A stretch of DNA of 59,244 nt, taken from contig JABMPJ010000210.1 in the NCBI GenBank assembly GCA_013203785.1, positions 1-59,244 of the forward strand, given 5' to 3'. Positions 28,364-39,146 of the stretch are shown here, in pieces. The stretch is from Lentisphaerota bacterium. GTDB taxonomy: Bacteria; Verrucomicrobiota; Kiritimatiellia; UBA8416; JABMPJ01. The position numbers and the translations under genes were made by a program. Every line of letters begins with the position of its first letter. The first letter of the stretch is position 1. The notes below the pieces were generated by a model that had not been told where the DNA came from, did no database searches, and saw only the letters and a program-made list of their open reading frames with translations.

Positions 28364-31300
28364 ATGAGCAGTGTGTGTTGTGTCTGTAGATCGTTCTTTC
28401 TTGGTGCTCTTCTGGGTTTCGTGCTTGCGCCTGCTGCGCTGGGCGTAGAGCCAAGAAGCTGGCCTCTTACGACTCCGGCTCAGTATTCCGTATCAGACTC
28501 CAACGATATCCAGGTGGCTGGCGGTGTGGCTAGGCTACAATTCAGTGATCTTTCGTTTTCTCATGGTGAGCTTGATCAATACTCCGCTGGCAGTACTGCT
28601 GGGGCGGCATTGTACTATGGTGCTGACACCAGTCTTGGGCTGCGAAAGGACGTTGGCCTTTACGCAGCTGGTTCCCAGTTCACTTCTCGAGTGATCGCGT
28701 CGCCACCTGGAAACCTCTGGAAGGCCATACGGATTGCCACGTCCAGCGACACAGTGGCGAACAATAACGAGATAGAGACCCGGGCTGATCTCGATGGTTT
28801 AGCCGCCCTATATCATTTCAATGATGACGGCGTCTACGATTCGGTTACGGGTAGCAATGGTGTGATGAAGAGTGGCGCTGGCTACGATACCGATGCAGTG
28901 TTTGGCTCCCACGCTTTCGCTGGCTACCTAGGCAATGGCGTCGCTGAATTGGCTGGCACGGGAATTCTGCATCTTGCGGAGGGTGCCACCATTGCCTGCT
29001 GGGTTAAAGTTCGAGAAGAATTTACGAGGATTGGGACTCCCGAATTCATGACGCCCTTTCTCATGAACGGTGCGACGAAGCAGCTAACGTTTCGGTTGAA
29101 GTCGATGTATCACCCGTTTCTCTTCACGTCATGTACAACGGAATTTCCTATTGAGGTGGGGAAGTGGTATTTCCTAGCCGGAACCTATGACCGTGCTGAT
29201 GGGTATGTGCGCCTATATATCGACGGACATCTACAGGCGTCAGGGACAAGAAATCAGCCCGGATGGCTTGTTCGGGATGACGCAGGCCCATGGACCGTTG
29301 GATACAATCACCCCTATATCGACTTCAAGGCCAATGTAGATGAGGTGATGCTCTTTCGTCGCGCCTTCTCCGCCCTAGAGATTGAGGCGCTTTACCGTCA
29401 GGGCTTGGGTGTAAAGGTGCAAGTGCGCTCCGGGGCGAGCACCAATCTTGTTTCAGCCTTCGTGGGGCCTGATGGTACGAATTCCACTTATGTCACCGGC
29501 GGGCATGCTCTGAATTTTGGCTATGGGTTTGACCCTTCGGCTCCGTATCTTCAATACCGCGCGTATATAGCCAATGCTGTTGAGCGAACCTCAACCCCGC
29601 TATTGGATTCGGTTGTATTCCTGGGAACAGGCACAGACCTCTTTGACGATACATTGGGTGATTTCACGAGGGGGGCCTATGGTGCAGACGTGGTGACCTA
29701 TCCGGCCGAGAAAACAGGATCCTTTTTAGGGCTCTCGAAGTTGGCCAGCGGGGGCTACCGCACGGAGGGAGCATTTATCTCGCAGCCCTTGGATGCGGGC
29801 GGCATCGTTACCTGGACGAAGCTGTCATGGGTACAGGGCAATCGAGCCCTTGCCAATGATATCGTGGGTCTGCTTGGTTTATGGCCAATGGATGGGAGTT
29901 GGTCGGACATTTCTGGGAACAACCGATCAGGAACGGAGACGCCATCGGTTGTCTATACTCCCTATGCCAAGGTGGGCACGAAATCGACACTGTTCAACGG
30001 GGAGGACGCATCGGTTAGTATTGGCGGCGTCGGATCTGTAAAGACCTTGGAGTTCTGGATTGACTATGATGATCCGAACGGAGGGTTGTTCGAACTGGTC
30101 GGCGAAGCCACCGGGCCCTCTGCGACAGTGATCCTCACGAATGGGTGGCTGCAGGTCAATAACTGGGCGGGGTCTGTCGATGTCTATGTGAATGGCTATA
30201 ACGGTGCAGCCGTTCTGGAAAGCGGGTGGAATCATGTTGCGTTGGTGGTGGATGCAGCGCAATCGGTGTCGAATATGGTAGTGGGCCAGATTCAAGGTGA
30301 CTACTTCCACGGCAAACTGGACGACTTGGCCGCATTTGATCGCCCGCTGGCCGCTGGCGAGATTGCGATGCATTATCAGGATGGGCTGCGTGAGAGCGCT
30401 GGACAGGTTGTCTTTCAGGTTCGCTCAGGTGATACGACTGAGGAGCTTGAAGGAAGTGCATTCACCGGCACTTATACTGGTGGTGCTGGCTCAGATCTAT
30501 TCGGGCAGAGCGGTAGGTACCTCCAGTACAAGATCAATATGAGCGGAGATGGCAATGGCACCCCCAGCGTACAGTCGGTACGAGTCAACTACAACGTCAT
30601 CTTCGACGTATCGGAAACTCGCGCGGAGGATTTTTCGGCTGGTACGTTCGTTGATGAAGAAACCCGCTGGTACGGGAACGAGATTGCGAAGGAGAATCTA
30701 GGATCGATAGGGCCCTTTAATGCTCGTCCGACCGGGGACACGAGCTGGAAGGGTTTGTGGCACATGGACGAAGAGGTGTGGGCGGCGGGCCTTACGGTCA
30801 AGGATTCATCGGGGAACTCACGTGATGGCTCTCCTCAGGGCGATGCTAGAACTGAAGAGAAGGGGCGCGTCGGGACGCGTTGCGGTCTCTTTGACGGTGC
30901 AGAGGACTATGTTAGTCTTCAGGCGATACCGACCATACTGGACAAGGATTTTACATTGGGGCTCTGGTTCAAGACCTCATCTACCAACCGTGCGGGTCTG
31001 ATTTCCAACTTCGATGGTGTCCGCTACTGGTCGCTGGAGATAAATGGCGACGGTAGCGGGGCCGAGGTGCAGGGGGCCGCATCCTTTATCATAGATGATA
31101 CGACCGTTGAGAAGAGCGCCGCCGCAGTGGGGATGAGCCTGAATGATGGATATTGGCACCACATCGCGGGAGTGCGGCGTAGTCCTTACATCCACTTATA
31201 CATTGATGGAGCTCGCGTGGCCAGCACGTGGATTGGCGATGCCTATTCGTTTTTGGGTATCGGCGCACCATTGGTGGCAAAGTACGGAACGAGCGAGATC

Positions 31301-34300
31301 TATTACGCAGGCTACATCGACGAGGTCGCGGTTCTGGAACGGGCGATGTCAGATGCCGAAGTGGGGGCGCTAGCGGGTGTCGGACGCGGACTGGGCTCGG
31401 GGGCGGAGTTCATTGGCACGCCTATCGATGCTGGCCGTGTATCGATCTGGCGGCAGATTTCGTGGGGTGCGGATGGGCCGCATGGGACGCCTCTTCAAGC
31501 AGGCGATACCACACTGACAGGACTCTGGCATCTGGATGAGGTGAGCGGGGCAGCCATGGATTCAAGTGGTGCCGGAAACGACGGCTCCGTGAATGGGGCT
31601 GGATATGGCGGTGGCGGAGTTTTCAGCAACAGTTTTGAATTTTCAGGCGGTGCCACAATTTCGGTAGTGGGTAGTCTAGGCTTGGTAACCAGTGTGACGG
31701 CCGAGGCTTGGATTAATACGCACGATCCGAGGGGTGCGGTTGTCTTTGACCGCACGGACGGGGTAAGCGGGTTCATGATTGGGCTTGACGGTGAGGGTCG
31801 GCCCTACTTCAAGATGGGTGCCGTCGAAGCCCGTTCGGATCTTCCCCTGCAGGTTGACCGCTGGTCTCATCTGGCCGGTACGTACGATGGCAGCATGGCT
31901 CGATTGTATATGGATGGCGTGTTGCGCGCGGCTCAGAAAGTCATCGGTGTGTCGGCCGATTCGGGTACGTCGTTCGTAATCGGTGATGAACGGGGCGGAG
32001 GCTCTCGATTTATCGGGCAGATTGATGAAGCAGCGGTCCATAACCGGACACTTGTTGATGAAGAGATCCGTGACCATTATCGCTCCGGGACAGGCGATAT
32101 CCGGTTCCAGGTGCGTGGTGGTGACACGCTGCCCCTGTCGGGTGATTTCATTGGGCCGGACGGAACGGCGAACAGCTACTTCAGGGAATTCTGGGGCTCG
32201 CAGACCGCAGCCGTGCTTCCTGTCCAGAAGTATCTACAATACCGTGCGGTAATGGACAATGACAATCACCGCATGCCCGCTGTTCTGCGCGGGGTGCAGG
32301 CGGACGTCACCAGCTACTCGACTGTGAACCCATGGGTCGAACCAGCGGATGGATTCGGGTACGACTTTGTGGGACGACTGACGTCCTTCGGCCATGCTCT
32401 CGGCGTTGCCGGTCCCAATACCGAGGTGCGCTACCAGCTTTCTGGCGATAATGGTGTGAATTGGTTCTACTGGAATGATACGGCCCTCCAGTGGGATGCG
32501 CCGGCAGGCTTCGGCTATCCGTTAGACATGTCTGACGAACCGACGGTTGCGGCTAATATCGGGTCGTTCTTTGATCAGCTCTACCCCACGAATGGCGGCA
32601 TACTCAAGTTCCGCGCATTCCTTCACTCCGAGGGAGACTACCAGATTGAGTTAGATGAAGTTAACCTGCAGGCATCTACGGGACGACTGCTGGTCACACA
32701 ACCCAACGGATTGGAGGTCGGTCAGGATGCATGGGTGATTGGTACCACGAACATCATAAGTTGGGCCAACGGTGGGTCGGTAGGCGGATCTCTGAAGATC
32801 CAGTTCTCGGATGATGGTGGGCAGACGTGGAAATTGGTCAATGCAGCGGTGCCGAATTCGGGCCCGACGGGGGCCTATGCGTGGGTGACGCCGGGGACGG
32901 AGTTGGCTAGCGAGCGGAACCAGTGCCGGATTAGGATCAGCGATAATGGGGATGCGACGATTTGGGATACGTCGGATGCTAACTTCGCGCTGGTTTATCG
33001 CTATAGGTTGACGGCACCGAACGGGGGAGAGGTGTGGTATACGGGCGAACCCAACGTGATCCGGTGGCAGTCGCCTCCGGGGTTGGGCGACCAGGCGGAT
33101 CTCTACTACAATCTGAACGGGTTCAATCAACTGAACGGTGCCGGCTGGCGGAAGTTCGCGACGGTGCCGAACAATAATCTGGGCAGCGCGGATAATATGT
33201 ACACATGGGTGACGCCGAAGGATGATCCAGATCTCATCTCATCGTTGGCGCGCGTCAGGATAACGATCCAGGGCGCAGTGAGCTTCAGCGATATGTCGGA
33301 TGCTTCGTACACGATGGCGGGTATTCGGATTACGGATCCGAGCTCGTCAACGGCGTGGAAACGCGGGTCGACCCAGACGGTGAAATGGAAGGCGGCGGGA
33401 AGCATTACGAACGGGGTGACGCTTGAGTACTCCGGCGACAGTGGTGCGTCGTGGACCAATGTCCAGGCGGTGGTGCCCTGCGTGGTGGGCAGCAATACGT
33501 ATGCGTGGACGATTGCGGCGGATAACCCGACGCCAAACGCTCGCCTCCGAATGGTGTCGCGTACGGAGCCGCGGATCTTTGCGGAGTCGGATATTTTCAC
33601 GGTGGCGGATATTGACATCAAGGCACCAGTGGCCGCGCAAGAATGGCAGACACTACAGACGAACGATATCGTATGGACCGCCGGCGGCGCGGGCGACAAG
33701 GTCAATCTCTATTATTCGATCGATAATGCGGCGAGCTGGGTTGGGATCGACCTGGATGTCGATAACGTGGACTTCCCTGCGACGAACCGGTATGCGTGGG
33801 TGGTGCCGGATCTTCCCGGCGATTCGCTGATCAGGATCCAGTCGACGCTGAGTGCCCAGCTATTTGCGGATTCGCCTCTGTTTAAGATTGCGGGTATCCG
33901 GGTGACGCAGCCGAACGGCGGCGCGCGCTGGGAGCTGGCCCAGGAGAGCCAGTTGAACTGGGTGGAAGCAGCGTCGGGCGGTGGCTGTCTGGTGCAGTTC
34001 TCCTACGACGGCGGGAACAGCTATGTGAACTTGGCCGGACCGGGCTTCCCGCTGCTGGCGCGGAGTTATGCCTATACGCCGATTACGCCGACGGTGCGGG
34101 CGCTGGTGAAGGTGTCGGCGACGGATGCGGCTTATGCTCTGCTGGGCGTGAAGGGGCAGTCGGACGGCGATTTCACGGTGGCGGGTGTCAAGGTGACCTC
34201 CCCGCTACAGGACCATGTCATCAAGATGGGGGTGGAGACGGTCGAGGCGATGCGGTGGCTGTCGGCGGGGTTGCTGGATGACAGTGTGGACGTGATCTAT

Positions 34301-37300
34301 AGTGACGGAACGACGGAGACGACGCTCTTCGCGGGAACGTTCAACAACGAGAGCTTCAATGACGCAACCCATATCTCCGGTTTGAATGTGCGTGACTGGA
34401 TTCCTGCGGCATCGTTGAATCCGTCTGGGAATGCACGGCTCAAGGTGATGGGCGGAGTGCCAGAAACGACGGGAGAATACACAGGAATCTCGCCCCGCTT
34501 CACGCTACAGGGGGTGCGGATAACGCAGCCGACCACGGGCAGTACGTTTGACATCAACTCGACCCGCGAGATCCGCTGGCTGAACGCGGGCTTCGAGGCG
34601 GCGGCCAAGGCTCGGATGTTCCTCTCCACGGATGGAGGGGCTACATTCAGTCCGACCCAACTGTTCACGCCCGATACAGCCCTGAACCTGCAGATCAAGA
34701 GCTGGACGGTGGCGCTGGGGACGGCCCCGACGACGAATGCGGTGCTCAAGCTAACGGTGACGGATAGTGCGACGGCGTTCAACGCCTATTCACTGCCATT
34801 TACGCTCAAGGGTTTGAAAGTGAATCTTCCGACGTTTGGTACGAGCTGGGACCTGGGTGCCACACAGAATATCCAGGTGCAGGCGGCGGGTGCGGGTAAT
34901 TCGGTGAAGATGTACTACTCGCCCCATGGCGTGACCTTCGATACGGCCAACCCGATCGGGGAGGGTGTGCCGATTGTGGATGGAATCAACAATCTGCCAT
35001 GGCCGATCGAGACGTTCCGGGAACCGTCAACGAATGCGCGTATCCGGGTGGATTCGGTGCTGACGGATGCGACGATTGTCTCCGATCCGTTCACGGTGGC
35101 GGGTATTCTGGTGACGGATCCATCGAGCGTGAATATCTGGGCGGCCACGGAGACCAATCACATTGAGTGGATCGCCGTCGGTACGGCCGAAAACGTGACG
35201 ATTGAGCTCCTGGATTCGAGTTACTCGGTCGTGGCGATGATCGCCACGGCCTTAACGGGAGCGTCGTCCTATGACTGGCCGACGCCGCTGTCGGCGGTGG
35301 GAACCGATCTGCGGATCCGCGTGACGGATACGAGTGGCTATGTAGGAATCTCAAATCCGTTCAAAATTGTGGCGGACCCGACCCTGGAGGTCTTGCAACC
35401 GGTAGATGGCGCGTTCTTGAAGAACGGGAATACCTACCAGGTCGTGTGGACAAAGGCGGGCGGTATGCCGCTGACGTTTGAGGCGAGCTATTCGTTCGAT
35501 AACTTTGCCACGACGAACGTCATCAGTGGGGTGCCCGTCTTCTCGAACAACCAGTATTTCCTGAGCTGGACCCTGAGCGATCCAGCAGCGTTGGGGCTGG
35601 CCAAGATCCGGGTGGTTAATACGACGATAACGTCGATCCAGGATACGACGGCGAATGTTGACTTGGTGGGCAACTTCCGTGTGGGACCGCCCAACGGCGG
35701 CGAGCGGTACTTCGCCCTGAAGCCGACGGTGGTGACCTGGTTCACGCTGGGCGACGTCTTCAACGTGGATCTCTACTACTCGGTCGATCCGCTGCGCGCG
35801 CCGGGGAGCTGGATCAAGATCAACCAGGGCGGACCGGTTGTGGGTCGCGGGCACAACAACTCGAGTCAGTATTTCTGGTCGGTGGCTGATCATCGCAGCA
35901 GTACGGTCTGGCTGCGGGTCCAGGATGCGAATTACACGCAGATGTTTGCCGCTAACCAGGAAGGGCCGTTCGACGACTGCAATGGGACCTTCAGCATCGT
36001 CTACTATCAGATCCAGTGGCATGTGTATGATAACGATACAGGTCTTGACCTTGACCGGGCCAGCGTAGGAGACAGTTCGGGCTGGTCGGAATCTGGACTA
36101 CAGTCCCCGATCATACACGCCTACCCCTACGGTAACTTCGATTCGGTCTGGTCGCGCGAGCTCTTTTCCGACAAGGTGGTGTTTGACTGGCTGTCGGAAC
36201 CCGAACGCGTGATCGATGTGCCGATGGTGAAATCGGACCAAGCGGCCGTATTTAACGTCAGGGCGAATTTCGCATATGATTCGGCCAACCGCTCATTCGC
36301 AATTCAGTCTTGGCTGGAGCGCGGCGGACAGATCTTGGCGACGGCGGCGGCTTCCGTCATCAAGATCTACGATTCGGCAGGCGTTCTAATTAAGACCATC
36401 CCCAACAGCGCACCCCTGAATGGCGTGTTCTGGGACACATGGGATGTGGGTGCCACAGAGATCGCACTGGGACGGACGTTCAATGCCAGCGAGGTCTTCT
36501 TCGCTAAGGTTGTGATCAACTTCTCCGGGGTGGAGTACTCGTCCGGTCTGACCTTCCAGCTCAGGCAGCCCGCCGATGACAGCATCCTCCAGGTCATCGA
36601 CGTCATAGAGGCCGCGACCTCCAATATTCTGGACGAGGTCTCGGGCATAGGCACCATGATCGGCGGCGTGAGCAACCAGGTCTCGGGGGTCAGCAACCAG
36701 GTCACGGCGCTCTCAGGCCAGTTGGGTCAGGGGGTTGCTGATATTTTGGGTGCGGTGGGAACTAACCGGGTGCTGCTGACGGATCAGGTCATTCCGGGAA
36801 TCACGGATATCAGTAACAACTTGGTGAATGTCTATGGTCCGACGATAACGAGCACGTGGGACGTGGTCCAGCTGATCAGCGGTGCGGTTGGCGGGGCCAG
36901 CATTCTGACTCGTCCGCTCGCGCTTGTGCGCGACAGCACCAATACCTTCCTCTATCGCACGGCCAATTTTGACCCCAGTGTGGTTGAGCTGGATGTGTAC
37001 GATTCAACAGGCGGCCTTCTGGCGCACTACAACATGCAGCGCTACGGAGCGGTAACGGGTGTCTATTACGCCAACGTGGTGGCTGCCTATGCCGTGGATA
37101 GCTGCGTGATCGCCTGTTCAGATCCGAATGCTTCGGACCGTATTGTGGTCGATATTGTCGACGCGACCTCCGGGGATCTTCCGAACCTGATGGCGGACGT
37201 GCTCGCCAGCGTGACCCGGATGGAGAATTCGATCACAAATCTGTCGTCGCTGAGCGGTGACATGACCGTCCTGGTGGGCGTGCTGAATGGGATGACGAAT

Positions 37301-38482
37301 GAGCTACAGGCTCTGACTCTGGCGGTTCAGAATCTGCCGGACCTGGGCGTCCTGACGAATCAGCTCGACTCTCTTGAAGCGGCGGTGTTGGCGATCCCGG
37401 ATATGAGTTTCCTGACCAACTCGATCAATGCTCTGGCGACGGCGGTTCAGAACCTACCGGATCTGGGTGTGCTAACCAACCAGCTGGATAACCTGGAAGC
37501 TGCGGTGCTGGCGATTCCGGACTTTGGCAGTATGTCCAATCAATTGGCTACGCTCGAGGCTGCGGTGCTGGCGATTCCAGACTTTGGCAGTATGTCCAAT
37601 CAGCTGGCAGGTATCAGCCTGGCGGTGGGTGGCCTGACGAACTTGGATGTCACCGCAATCGATACTAAGCTGACCGATTTGCGGACCGATCTGGATACGC
37701 TGATTGGCTTCGATCTGGCGGGCATGCAGACCTCCATCGACAACATCCTGGCCGCGCTGAATGTGGTTGAAGGGACGGATGTGACAGGCATTGAGAGCAA
37801 GCTCTCGGCGTTGCAGTCGGCCATACAGGGGCTCGAGGGGGCCGACCTGACGGGCGTGGATGCGAAGCTGAATACGCTACAGAGCACGGTGGCTGGCTTG
37901 GGGAGTGTCGATATTGCGGCGGTTGACCGGATTGAATCCAGGCTGGGTGCGGCAACGGATGGCAGTGGTGCGGACACCTTCTTCGGGAAGCTGAGGGCGA
38001 TCGAAGGATCGGTGGACTCGGTTGGCGTATCGGCTGAGGGGGCCAAGAAGAATGCCTCCAGTGCGAAGACGCAGGCGACCGATGCGGCGTCGGGGATCTC
38101 GGCGCTGAAGCGGGCGCTGGCGGCTGGGGATTCGGAGGAGGCCTCGCGGCAGTTGGTGGCGATACGGCAGGCGTTGATGTCGGCCAAGGCGGAGATTGAG
38201 AGGATACCGGACGGCGTGAGCCTGGCGCAACTGCAGGGCGAGCTGGGCGGCACCCGTAAGATTCTCGATGAGCTGGCCGCGAGCAGGGGCTTCACCTGGC
38301 TGACCGGAATGGAAGAAGAGGATCTGGTGGGTAAGGGCGAAGGCGAAGGTGAAGCTAATCTGAATGATCTGGGCACCAGCGTCGAGGCCATGCAGGGCAA
38401 TATGGAGTTCCTGCTTAAGCTGCTCGATGAGAAGGCCTACAAAGTGGAGGTCCACGAGCAGTGGCTTGGGGTGAAGGAGTAG
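28364..38482 (+). CDS. Giant secreted protein: 4 LamG-like domains, ~11 PNGGE-type Ig-like repeats, C-terminal coiled coil
   Basis: RBS-like AAGGGGG and signal peptide ending AALG. LamG motifs (W.HLAGTYDG...RLY.DG, F.G.IDE). Repeats I.VT.PNGGE....I.W. Confidence 0.85.
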   Translation: MSSVCCVCRSFFLGALLGFVLAPAALGVEPRSWPLTTPAQYSVSDSNDIQVAGGVARLQFSDLSFSHGELDQYSAGSTAGAALYYGADTSLGLRKDVGLYAAGSQFTSRVIASPPGNLWKAIRIATSSDTVANNNEIETRADLDGLAALYHFNDDGVYDSVTGSNGVMKSGAGYDTDAVFGSHAFAGYLGNGVAELAGTGILHLAEGATIACWVKVREEFTRIGTPEFMTPFLMNGATKQLTFRLKSMYHPFLFTSCTTEFPIEVGKWYFLAGTYDRADGYVRLYIDGHLQASGTRNQPGWLVRDDAGPWTVGYNHPYIDFKANVDEVMLFRRAFSALEIEALYRQGLGVKVQVRSGASTNLVSAFVGPDGTNSTYVTGGHALNFGYGFDPSAPYLQYRAYIANAVERTSTPLLDSVVFLGTGTDLFDDTLGDFTRGAYGADVVTYPAEKTGSFLGLSKLASGGYRTEGAFISQPLDAGGIVTWTKLSWVQGNRALANDIVGLLGLWPMDGSWSDISGNNRSGTETPSVVYTPYAKVGTKSTLFNGEDASVSIGGVGSVKTLEFWIDYDDPNGGLFELVGEATGPSATVILTNGWLQVNNWAGSVDVYVNGYNGAAVLESGWNHVALVVDAAQSVSNMVVGQIQGDYFHGKLDDLAAFDRPLAAGEIAMHYQDGLRESAGQVVFQVRSGDTTEELEGSAFTGTYTGGAGSDLFGQSGRYLQYKINMSGDGNGTPSVQSVRVNYNVIFDVSETRAEDFSAGTFVDEETRWYGNEIAKENLGSIGPFNARPTGDTSWKGLWHMDEEVWAAGLTVKDSSGNSRDGSPQGDARTEEKGRVGTRCGLFDGAEDYVSLQAIPTILDKDFTLGLWFKTSSTNRAGLISNFDGVRYWSLEINGDGSGAEVQGAASFIIDDTTVEKSAAAVGMSLNDGYWHHIAGVRRSPYIHLYIDGARVASTWIGDAYSFLGIGAPLVAKYGTSEIYYAGYIDEVAVLERAMSDAEVGALAGVGRGLGSGAEFIGTPIDAGRVSIWRQISWGADGPHGTPLQAGDTTLTGLWHLDEVSGAAMDSSGAGNDGSVNGAGYGGGGVFSNSFEFSGGATISVVGSLGLVTSVTAEAWINTHDPRGAVVFDRTDGVSGFMIGLDGEGRPYFKMGAVEARSDLPLQVDRWSHLAGTYDGSMARLYMDGVLRAAQKVIGVSADSGTSFVIGDERGGGSRFIGQIDEAAVHNRTLVDEEIRDHYRSGTGDIRFQVRGGDTLPLSGDFIGPDGTANSYFREFWGSQTAAVLPVQKYLQYRAVMDNDNHRMPAVLRGVQADVTSYSTVNPWVEPADGFGYDFVGRLTSFGHALGVAGPNTEVRYQLSGDNGVNWFYWNDTALQWDAPAGFGYPLDMSDEPTVAANIGSFFDQLYPTNGGILKFRAFLHSEGDYQIELDEVNLQASTGRLLVTQPNGLEVGQDAWVIGTTNIISWANGGSVGGSLKIQFSDDGGQTWKLVNAAVPNSGPTGAYAWVTPGTELASERNQCRIRISDNGDATIWDTSDANFALVYRYRLTAPNGGEVWYTGEPNVIRWQSPPGLGDQADLYYNLNGFNQLNGAGWRKFATVPNNNLGSADNMYTWVTPKDDPDLISSLARVRITIQGAVSFSDMSDASYTMAGIRITDPSSSTAWKRGSTQTVKWKAAGSITNGVTLEYSGDSGASWTNVQAVVPCVVGSNTYAWTIAADNPTPNARLRMVSRTEPRIFAESDIFTVADIDIKAPVAAQEWQTLQTNDIVWTAGGAGDKVNLYYSIDNAASWVGIDLDVDNVDFPATNRYAWVVPDLPGDSLIRIQSTLSAQLFADSPLFKIAGIRVTQPNGGARWELAQESQLNWVEAASGGGCLVQFSYDGGNSYVNLAGPGFPLLARSYAYTPITPTVRALVKVSATDAAYALLGVKGQSDGDFTVAGVKVTSPLQDHVIKMGVETVEAMRWLSAGLLDDSVDVIYSDGTTETTLFAGTFNNESFNDATHISGLNVRDWIPAASLNPSGNARLKVMGGVPETTGEYTGISPRFTLQGVRITQPTTGSTFDINSTREIRWLNAGFEAAAKARMFLSTDGGATFSPTQLFTPDTALNLQIKSWTVALGTAPTTNAVLKLTVTDSATAFNAYSLPFTLKGLKVNLPTFGTSWDLGATQNIQVQAAGAGNSVKMYYSPHGVTFDTANPIGEGVPIVDGINNLPWPIETFREPSTNARIRVDSVLTDATIVSDPFTVAGILVTDPSSVNIWAATETNHIEWIAVGTAENVTIELLDSSYSVVAMIATALTGASSYDWPTPLSAVGTDLRIRVTDTSGYVGISNPFKIVADPTLEVLQPVDGAFLKNGNTYQVVWTKAGGMPLTFEASYSFDNFATTNVISGVPVFSNNQYFLSWTLSDPAALGLAKIRVVNTTITSIQDTTANVDLVGNFRVGPPNGGERYFALKPTVVTWFTLGDVFNVDLYYSVDPLRAPGSWIKINQGGPVVGRGHNNSSQYFWSVADHRSSTVWLRVQDANYTQMFAANQEGPFDDCNGTFSIVYYQIQWHVYDNDTGLDLDRASVGDSSGWSESGLQSPIIHAYPYGNFDSVWSRELFSDKVVFDWLSEPERVIDVPMVKSDQAAVFNVRANFAYDSANRSFAIQSWLERGGQILATAAASVIKIYDSAGVLIKTIPNSAPLNGVFWDTWDVGATEIALGRTFNASEVFFAKVVINFSGVEYSSGLTFQLRQPADDSILQVIDVIEAATSNILDEVSGIGTMIGGVSNQVSGVSNQVTALSGQLGQGVADILGAVGTNRVLLTDQVIPGITDISNNLVNVYGPTITSTWDVVQLISGAVGGASILTRPLALVRDSTNTFLYRTANFDPSVVELDVYDSTGGLLAHYNMQRYGAVTGVYYANVVAAYAVDSCVIACSDPNASDRIVVDIVDATSGDLPNLMADVLASVTRMENSITNLSSLSGDMTVLVGVLNGMTNELQALTLAVQNLPDLGVLTNQLDSLEAAVLAIPDMSFLTNSINALATAVQNLPDLGVLTNQLDNLEAAVLAIPDFGSMSNQLATLEAAVLAIPDFGSMSNQLAGISLAVGGLTNLDVTAIDTKLTDLRTDLDTLIGFDLAGMQTSIDNILAALNVVEGTDVTGIESKLSALQSAIQGLEGADLTGVDAKLNTLQSTVAGLGSVDIAAVDRIESRLGAATDGSGADTFFGKLRAIEGSVDSVGVSAEGAKKNASSAKTQATDAASGISALKRALAAGDSEEASRQLVAIRQALMSAKAEIERIPDGVSLAQLQGELGGTRKILDELAASRGFTWLTGMEEEDLVGKGEGEGEANLNDLGTSVEAMQGNMEFLLKLLDEKAYKVEVHEQWLGVKE
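37322..37621 (+). repeat. 5 x 60-bp (20-aa) intragenic tandem repeat
   Basis: AVQNLPDLGVLTNQLDSLEA / AVLAIPDMSFLTNSINALAT / AVQNLPDLGVLTNQLDNLEA / AVLAIPDFGSMSNQLATLEA / AVLAIPDFGSMSNQLAGISL. Confidence 0.85.
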
Positions 38483-38505
38483 GGTTCGTGGCTGGGGTGG
38501 GGGAG

Positions 38506-38647
38506 AGACTGCCCGCAGATGACGTAGATGGACGCAGATGGGATCGGGATCGGGAACGGGATGAGGGGAATGTGTCCGGGCGCTTCGATGTCGACTCTTC
38601 CTTCTCCGACCCCATCTGCGCTGATCTGCGTCATCTGCGGGCAGTCT
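38506..38647. repeat. Family A palindromic element, copy 1
   Basis: agactgcccgcagatgacgtagatggacgcagatggg ... cccatctgcgctgatctgcgtcatctgcgggcagtct (~37-bp inverted arms). Confidence 0.9.
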
Positions 38648-38672
38648 TTTCCAGAAGTTGAGGAGTGTGGTT

Positions 38673-39146
38673 GTGGCTGACTATCCTTTGTCTGACGAGA
38701 CCTATCGGATTATTGGGGCCTGCTTCGAGGTCTACAATGAGAAGGGGTGCGGTTTCCTGGAGCCTATCTACCAGGAATGTCTCGAAATGGAGTTCGGTCT
38801 ACAGGGCATCCCGTTCAATGCACAGGTGGAGCTGATCTTGGACTATAAGGGGCGCAGGCTGCAGAAGAAGTATGTCCCGGACTTCATCTGTTTTGGCGGA
38901 GTCATTGTCGAGATAAAGGCCTGTAAGGAGATTGTGGCTGAGCATAGGGCACAGTTGATTAATTATCTCCATGCGACTGAGATGAAGGTGGGGATGCTGG
39001 TCAACTTTGGGCACTATCCCGGCTTGCAGTTTGAGCGCTTTGTGAATGAGGGCAAGGAACGGACTGCAGGCCGCGCGATGGTACGGGAGATTCCTTTGGT
39101 GTGGGGGCAGGGGAGTCTGCCCGCAGATGACACAGATGTACGCTGA
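38673..39146 (+). CDS. GxxExxY protein (PD-(D/E)xK nuclease fold)
   Basis: GAGGAG RBS 7 nt before GTG 38673; IIGACFEV...GCGFLEPIYQECL, PDF....VIVEIK, AQLINYL, G.LVNFG. Confidence 0.92.
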   Translation: MADYPLSDETYRIIGACFEVYNEKGCGFLEPIYQECLEMEFGLQGIPFNAQVELILDYKGRRLQKKYVPDFICFGGVIVEIKACKEIVAEHRAQLINYLHATEMKVGMLVNFGHYPGLQFERFVNEGKERTAGRAMVREIPLVWGQGSLPADDTDVR

